Shown piece after piece: positions 58,725 through 64,000 of a stretch of 64,000 nucleotides of DNA (position 1 is the first letter of the stretch; each line of letters begins with the position of its first letter). The DNA comes from Patescibacteria group bacterium (GTDB taxonomy: Bacteria > Patescibacteriota > Patescibacteriia > XYB2-FULL-38-15), in contig JBAZJZ010000001.1 in NCBI GenBank assembly GCA_041650995.1, positions 299,302 through 363,301 on the forward strand, read 5' to 3'. The notes under the pieces are model-generated. The model ran no database searches. It worked only from the letters and a program-made list of their open reading frames with translations, and was not told the origin of the DNA. A program made the translations under genes and the position numbers.

Positions 58725-61490
58725 TTATAATTCTCTCGCCTTCTCGATTTTAAAATTCCCACCGACTTCAAAAATAATTTTGTCCCGTCGGCCGACTTGT
58801 TTTGTTAAAAGCAAATTTGCCAAACCATCTTCCACTTTTTCCTGAATTACGCGGCGAAGAGGCCTCGCGCCAAAAACCGGGTCAAAGCCGGCTTTGGCGA
58901 GTTCGCGAACCGCTTCGGGTGTCGCCTCAAAAATAATTCCATGCTTATTTTCCAATTGTTTGCTAATTTTGTCAAGCATCAGACCTGCGATTGTTTCAAT
59001 CTCATTTTCCGCGAGAGGTTTATAAACAATTACCCCGTCAAAACGATTCAAAAATTCCGGACGAAAATACGGTTTTAGCTCCGTGTTTATCAGGCGATCT
59101 TTAATCGCTTCAATTGATAATCCGCCCCTGATCCCCTCCTGAATCGCCGGTGAGCCGGCGTTTGAAGTCGCGATTAAAATTACGCTCGTAAAATCAATTG
59201 TTCTTCCCTGATTATCAGTCAAGCGGCCGTCATCCATTACTTGTAAAAAAACATTTAAAATATCTGGGTGGGCTTTTTCAATTTCATCCAGGAGCAACAA
59301 AGTAAAAGGACTTTTCCGAACTGCTTCAGTTAAAAATCCTGATGAATCCCCTGCCGGCGCGCCGATTAATTTATAAATACTCGCCTGATCCTGATATTCT
59401 GACATATCAAGGCGAATCATATTTTCTTCGCTGCCAAAATAAACTTCTGCCACGGTTTTCGCGGTTTCAGTTTTACCAACGCCAGTCGGCCCCAAAAATA
59501 AGAAATTGGCAATCGGCCGTTTGCCTTCGCGAAGTTCGGCCCGAGAACGCCGCAGCGCCGCGGCCACCATTTTCACGGCTTCATCCTGGCCGATAACGCG
59601 ACGATGCATCACTTCTTCCAGCCGCAAAAGTTTTTCGGTTTCGCCTTCGGTCACGGCCGTTACCGGAATTTTCGTTTTCTGCGCCACAACTTCGGCTACA
59701 TCTTCGCCGGCGACCACCGCGCCTTCGCCTTTTTTACTCCGCGTATAGTGCGCCGACTCGCGCAAAATTTCTATGGCCTTTTCCGGCAAAAATCTTTCAT
59801 GCAAATACCTGTCGGACAAAGTCACGGCCTTTTCCAGAGCGTCGTAAGAAAAAAATACTTTGTTTTGATATTCCACGCCGCCAACTTTTGCTTCCAAAAT
59901 TTGGATCGCTTCATTTATTTCCGGCTCGCGGACTTCAACTTTTTGCAAAACATTGCCCAAAGGCGAACCTTCAACATGCCTGCTCCAATTCATCGGCGTG
60001 GCCGTTGCCAAAACAAAGAAATAACCCTTGGCAAGTTCATCCGCCAAAACGCGAGAAAGATCAACGCTTTCCTCCGCCCCCGCGGTTATGCCGATTAATC
60101 CTTCAATGTCTTGGATATAAAGAACAATATTTCCGGCGCGGGCAATTTCATTACAAATAATCAAAAGCCGTTCCTGGGCATCGGCTGGAGACGCACCTGC
60201 CACAAGTTGACCAATATTTAAACTGATCAATCTTTTATCCTGTAAAATTTTTGGCACATCTTCTTCAAGCATTCTTTCGGCAATGCCTTCAATAATTGTA
60301 TTTTTCCCGACGCCGGGATGACCGATTAAAATTACGCTCTGGTGTCCGCCTTCAATAATTCTCATTATTTCTTCTGCTTCTTTTTCGCGGTCAATACAGG
60401 GCGCGAGATACGCAAACTTCGCCATTAAAGTCAGATCTCGGCTGAATTGATCCAAATACGGCGTGGCCATGGCCGTCATCGCGCGAGACATTGTTCCGCC
60501 CGGGCGAAGCCGCGCCAAGGCGCGCGCCTGTTTCCATTTCTTCCGCAAAAGTTCGGAAATTTTCAGCCACTCCACCACGTTTCTAAGTTTCGCTAAATCA
60601 ACTTCCATGGAATACAAAACTTCTTGGATTAATTCTTCTGATTCGGCCGACGCTAAAATAAGTTCGGCAATATCAATTTGTTCGCGGCGCGCGGCGTATG
60701 CTTTAAAATATGATTCAAAAAATACTAAAATCCCTGCCGAAGAAAGCGCGGGTTCTCCTCGTTCCGGCAAATTTACGGGAAGCGCACCTAATTGTTTAAT
60801 AATTTTTTCCTGTAAAATTTTTAAATTAATGCCAAGCCGCCCGAAAACCACAGCCGATTTTCCGGAAAAAAGAAGCGCGCCAAAAATATGGAGCGGCAAA
60901 ACTTCCGCGTGGCCAAATTTCAAGGCCGCTTTCCAAGCGTCAACGAGCGCGTGCTCGGCCTCCTGGCTCAAAGTTTTGGCCACATTTATTTTTTCTTTTG
61001 CCGGCAACTGCCGAACAGCCGCCCAGTCGGTGATTTCCCCAACCGGCGCCGTTTTTATTCTTTCATCCACTTTTTCCGAATATTCCCGCTTTTCCACTTT
61101 TCCCGTTAATGCCCGCTCCAAAGAAAACTGGTAAACTAAATAAAAATCACCGACAAGAGATAATAAAAATAAAATTACTTCCAGCCGCCCGGAAATCCAA
61201 AAAGTAGTGTCAAAAATTGAAATAAAACCGACTTCCCAAATTCGCCAGCCTAAAAATAAAATAGCGCCCAAGCCAAAAATCAAGGTAGCTCCGGCGAGGA
61301 CAACTTTCAAAAATTTTTCTATCTTTTTTCTTTGCAGTTCGCGCTTGGTAATTATTTTATTCCAATACAAAAATCTGCTATTTCGCCAAAGGCCCGCCCC
61401 AAATCCCTGGCAAGCCAGACATTTTCCGGCTCCCACTTTTCCGCTGCCATTGCAGGCGGGGCAAATTAAAATATTTTGGTTAGGCGTCAT
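58725..61490 (-). CDS. Membrane-anchored ClpA/B/C-type AAA+ ATPase with N-terminal Zn finger
   Basis: CPACNGSG..CLACQG, two TMs, GHPGVGKN, GPTGVGKTE, LLDEIEKAHP and FGARPLRR. Confidence 0.9.
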   Translation of the reverse strand: MTPNQNILICPACNGSGKVGAGKCLACQGFGAGLWRNSRFLYWNKIITKRELQRKKIEKFLKVVLAGATLIFGLGAILFLGWRIWEVGFISIFDTTFWISGRLEVILFLLSLVGDFYLVYQFSLERALTGKVEKREYSEKVDERIKTAPVGEITDWAAVRQLPAKEKINVAKTLSQEAEHALVDAWKAALKFGHAEVLPLHIFGALLFSGKSAVVFGRLGINLKILQEKIIKQLGALPVNLPERGEPALSSAGILVFFESYFKAYAARREQIDIAELILASAESEELIQEVLYSMEVDLAKLRNVVEWLKISELLRKKWKQARALARLRPGGTMSRAMTAMATPYLDQFSRDLTLMAKFAYLAPCIDREKEAEEIMRIIEGGHQSVILIGHPGVGKNTIIEGIAERMLEEDVPKILQDKRLISLNIGQLVAGASPADAQERLLIICNEIARAGNIVLYIQDIEGLIGITAGAEESVDLSRVLADELAKGYFFVLATATPMNWSRHVEGSPLGNVLQKVEVREPEINEAIQILEAKVGGVEYQNKVFFSYDALEKAVTLSDRYLHERFLPEKAIEILRESAHYTRSKKGEGAVVAGEDVAEVVAQKTKIPVTAVTEGETEKLLRLEEVMHRRVIGQDEAVKMVAAALRRSRAELREGKRPIANFLFLGPTGVGKTETAKTVAEVYFGSEENMIRLDMSEYQDQASIYKLIGAPAGDSSGFLTEAVRKSPFTLLLLDEIEKAHPDILNVFLQVMDDGRLTDNQGRTIDFTSVILIATSNAGSPAIQEGIRGGLSIEAIKDRLINTELKPYFRPEFLNRFDGVIVYKPLAENEIETIAGLMLDKISKQLENKHGIIFEATPEAVRELAKAGFDPVFGARPLRRVIQEKVEDGLANLLLTKQVGRRDKIIFEVGGNFKIEKAREL

Positions 61491-61494
61491 AAAA

Positions 61495-61863
61495 TTATCC
61501 TGCCAAATTTAAAATAATTCCTAAAACTACGAAGAGCGGTAGAACAATCCAAACAAAAAAGACCAAGATCATAATCATGGTCCATAAAAACAAAACCAGC
61601 GTCCGGCCGATTATCTGAAAAATTCTCATGAAAAAACTGATAAGCACTCCGGCAATATCATGCTGGCCAAACATCGGTTTGAAAATATTTACCGCCCAGA
61701 CTTTGACGCCAAGGCGGACTTCCATATTCTTTATTCTCTGCCAGGAAAAATTCGCCGCCATCGCAAGCCCCTTCGTATACCACCAAATTGGGAAATACAA
61801 AATTTCCCGGATAATATCCAGAAACACGTCTCGTATGAGACCGCTTGTCACCTTTTGAACCAT
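61495..61863 (-). CDS. Conserved membrane protein co-transcribed with the Clp ATPase
   Basis: YFPIWWY.KG...NIFKPMFGQ.D..G.LISF..R. Confidence 0.75.
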   Translation of the reverse strand: MVQKVTSGLIRDVFLDIIREILYFPIWWYTKGLAMAANFSWQRIKNMEVRLGVKVWAVNIFKPMFGQHDIAGVLISFFMRIFQIIGRTLVLFLWTMIMILVFFVWIVLPLFVVLGIILNLAG

Positions 61864-61864
61864 A

Positions 61865-62002
61865 CCCCGTAGTAGAACTTCGACTCGCGAATAAGTCTCG
61901 GCTCCTCTATATTTTATTTATTTACGCTCCGCGATGAACTTTGACACATAATTTTGCTAACATTATTCGCTAAAGGCGAATTGTCGAAGTTTCACTACGG
62001 GG
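61865..62002. mobile_element. MITE-like element
   Basis: 20-bp terminal inverted repeats ccccgtagtagaacttcgac / gtcgaagtttcactacgggg (18/20), with CATA flanking both sides. Confidence 0.7.
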
Positions 62003-62050
62003 CATATTTAATTATTTTAGCACAAAAAACGTTTTTAGAGAAACCCCAAG

Positions 62051-63770
<1,720 letters not shown>

Positions 63771-63771
63771 A

Positions 63772-64000
63772 TTATATTTTTATTTCTCCTTGTTTTACTT
63801 TTTCAAAAAACTTTTTAGTGCCGGGATATAATTTTAATTCAAGCGCCTCGTCCGGCGTCACCCATTTAAACTCAGACGCTTCGCTTTCATCAATTTTTAA
63901 ATCGCCGCCAATTATTTCAGCCAGCCAGAACGAAACTGTTTTAACTTTTGTATCTGCTTTTGTTGTCCAAAGTTTTTTAATTGGCTTAACTTTCAAACCG
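63772..64000 (-). CDS. NUDIX hydrolase C-terminal part (partial)
   Basis: ..GL.VK...FWLAEI.GG.L.ID.SEASEFKWVT.DEAL.L. Confidence 0.65.
   Translation of the reverse strand, partial: GLKVKPIKKLWTTKADTKVKTVSFWLAEIIGGDLKIDESEASEFKWVTPDEALELKLYPGTKKFFEKVKQGEIKI

Noticed and set aside
60463-61134. 223-aa plus-strand ORF and similar antisense ORFs within housekeeping genes
   Set aside because: Antisense shadows of well-supported genes with no recognisable motifs.

Overview
The window is a low-GC bacterial chromosome segment read with code 11. Its gene complement suggests Patescibacteria/Parcubacteria (inference): bacterial Elp3, a LexA-methyltransferase fusion, a membrane-anchored Clp ATPase and a SecD-parvulin fusion. 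Positions ~497-12492 are a ~12 kb serine-integrase element inserted at the 3' end of tRNA-Asn(GTT). It carries a BglII-like restriction-modification pair whose methylase is fused to LexA, a 1261-aa candidate defence protein and a satellite-like core (SpoVG, Rep-like gene with iterons, TerS-like gene). The crossover lies inside the integrase gene, so integration swaps its C-terminal tail. The rest is mostly housekeeping (rpoD, dnaG, glgP, deoC, MacAB-like exporter, lgt, secDF, secA, murB, murC, elp3, glyA, folD, dnaB, recR, rplU, tgt, tRNA-Ser), with scattered REP-like repeats and GC-rich orphan genes. The most striking unexplained locus is 53720-57090 on the minus strand. It has a consensus sigma70 promoter, an attenuator-like leader and a tRNA-like RNA lacking an anticodon arm. 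These precede an array of unrelated GC-rich small membrane/surface protein genes separated by three copies of a ~190-250 nt structured RNA with compensatory base changes and GNRA loops. No CRISPR array or rRNA was seen.
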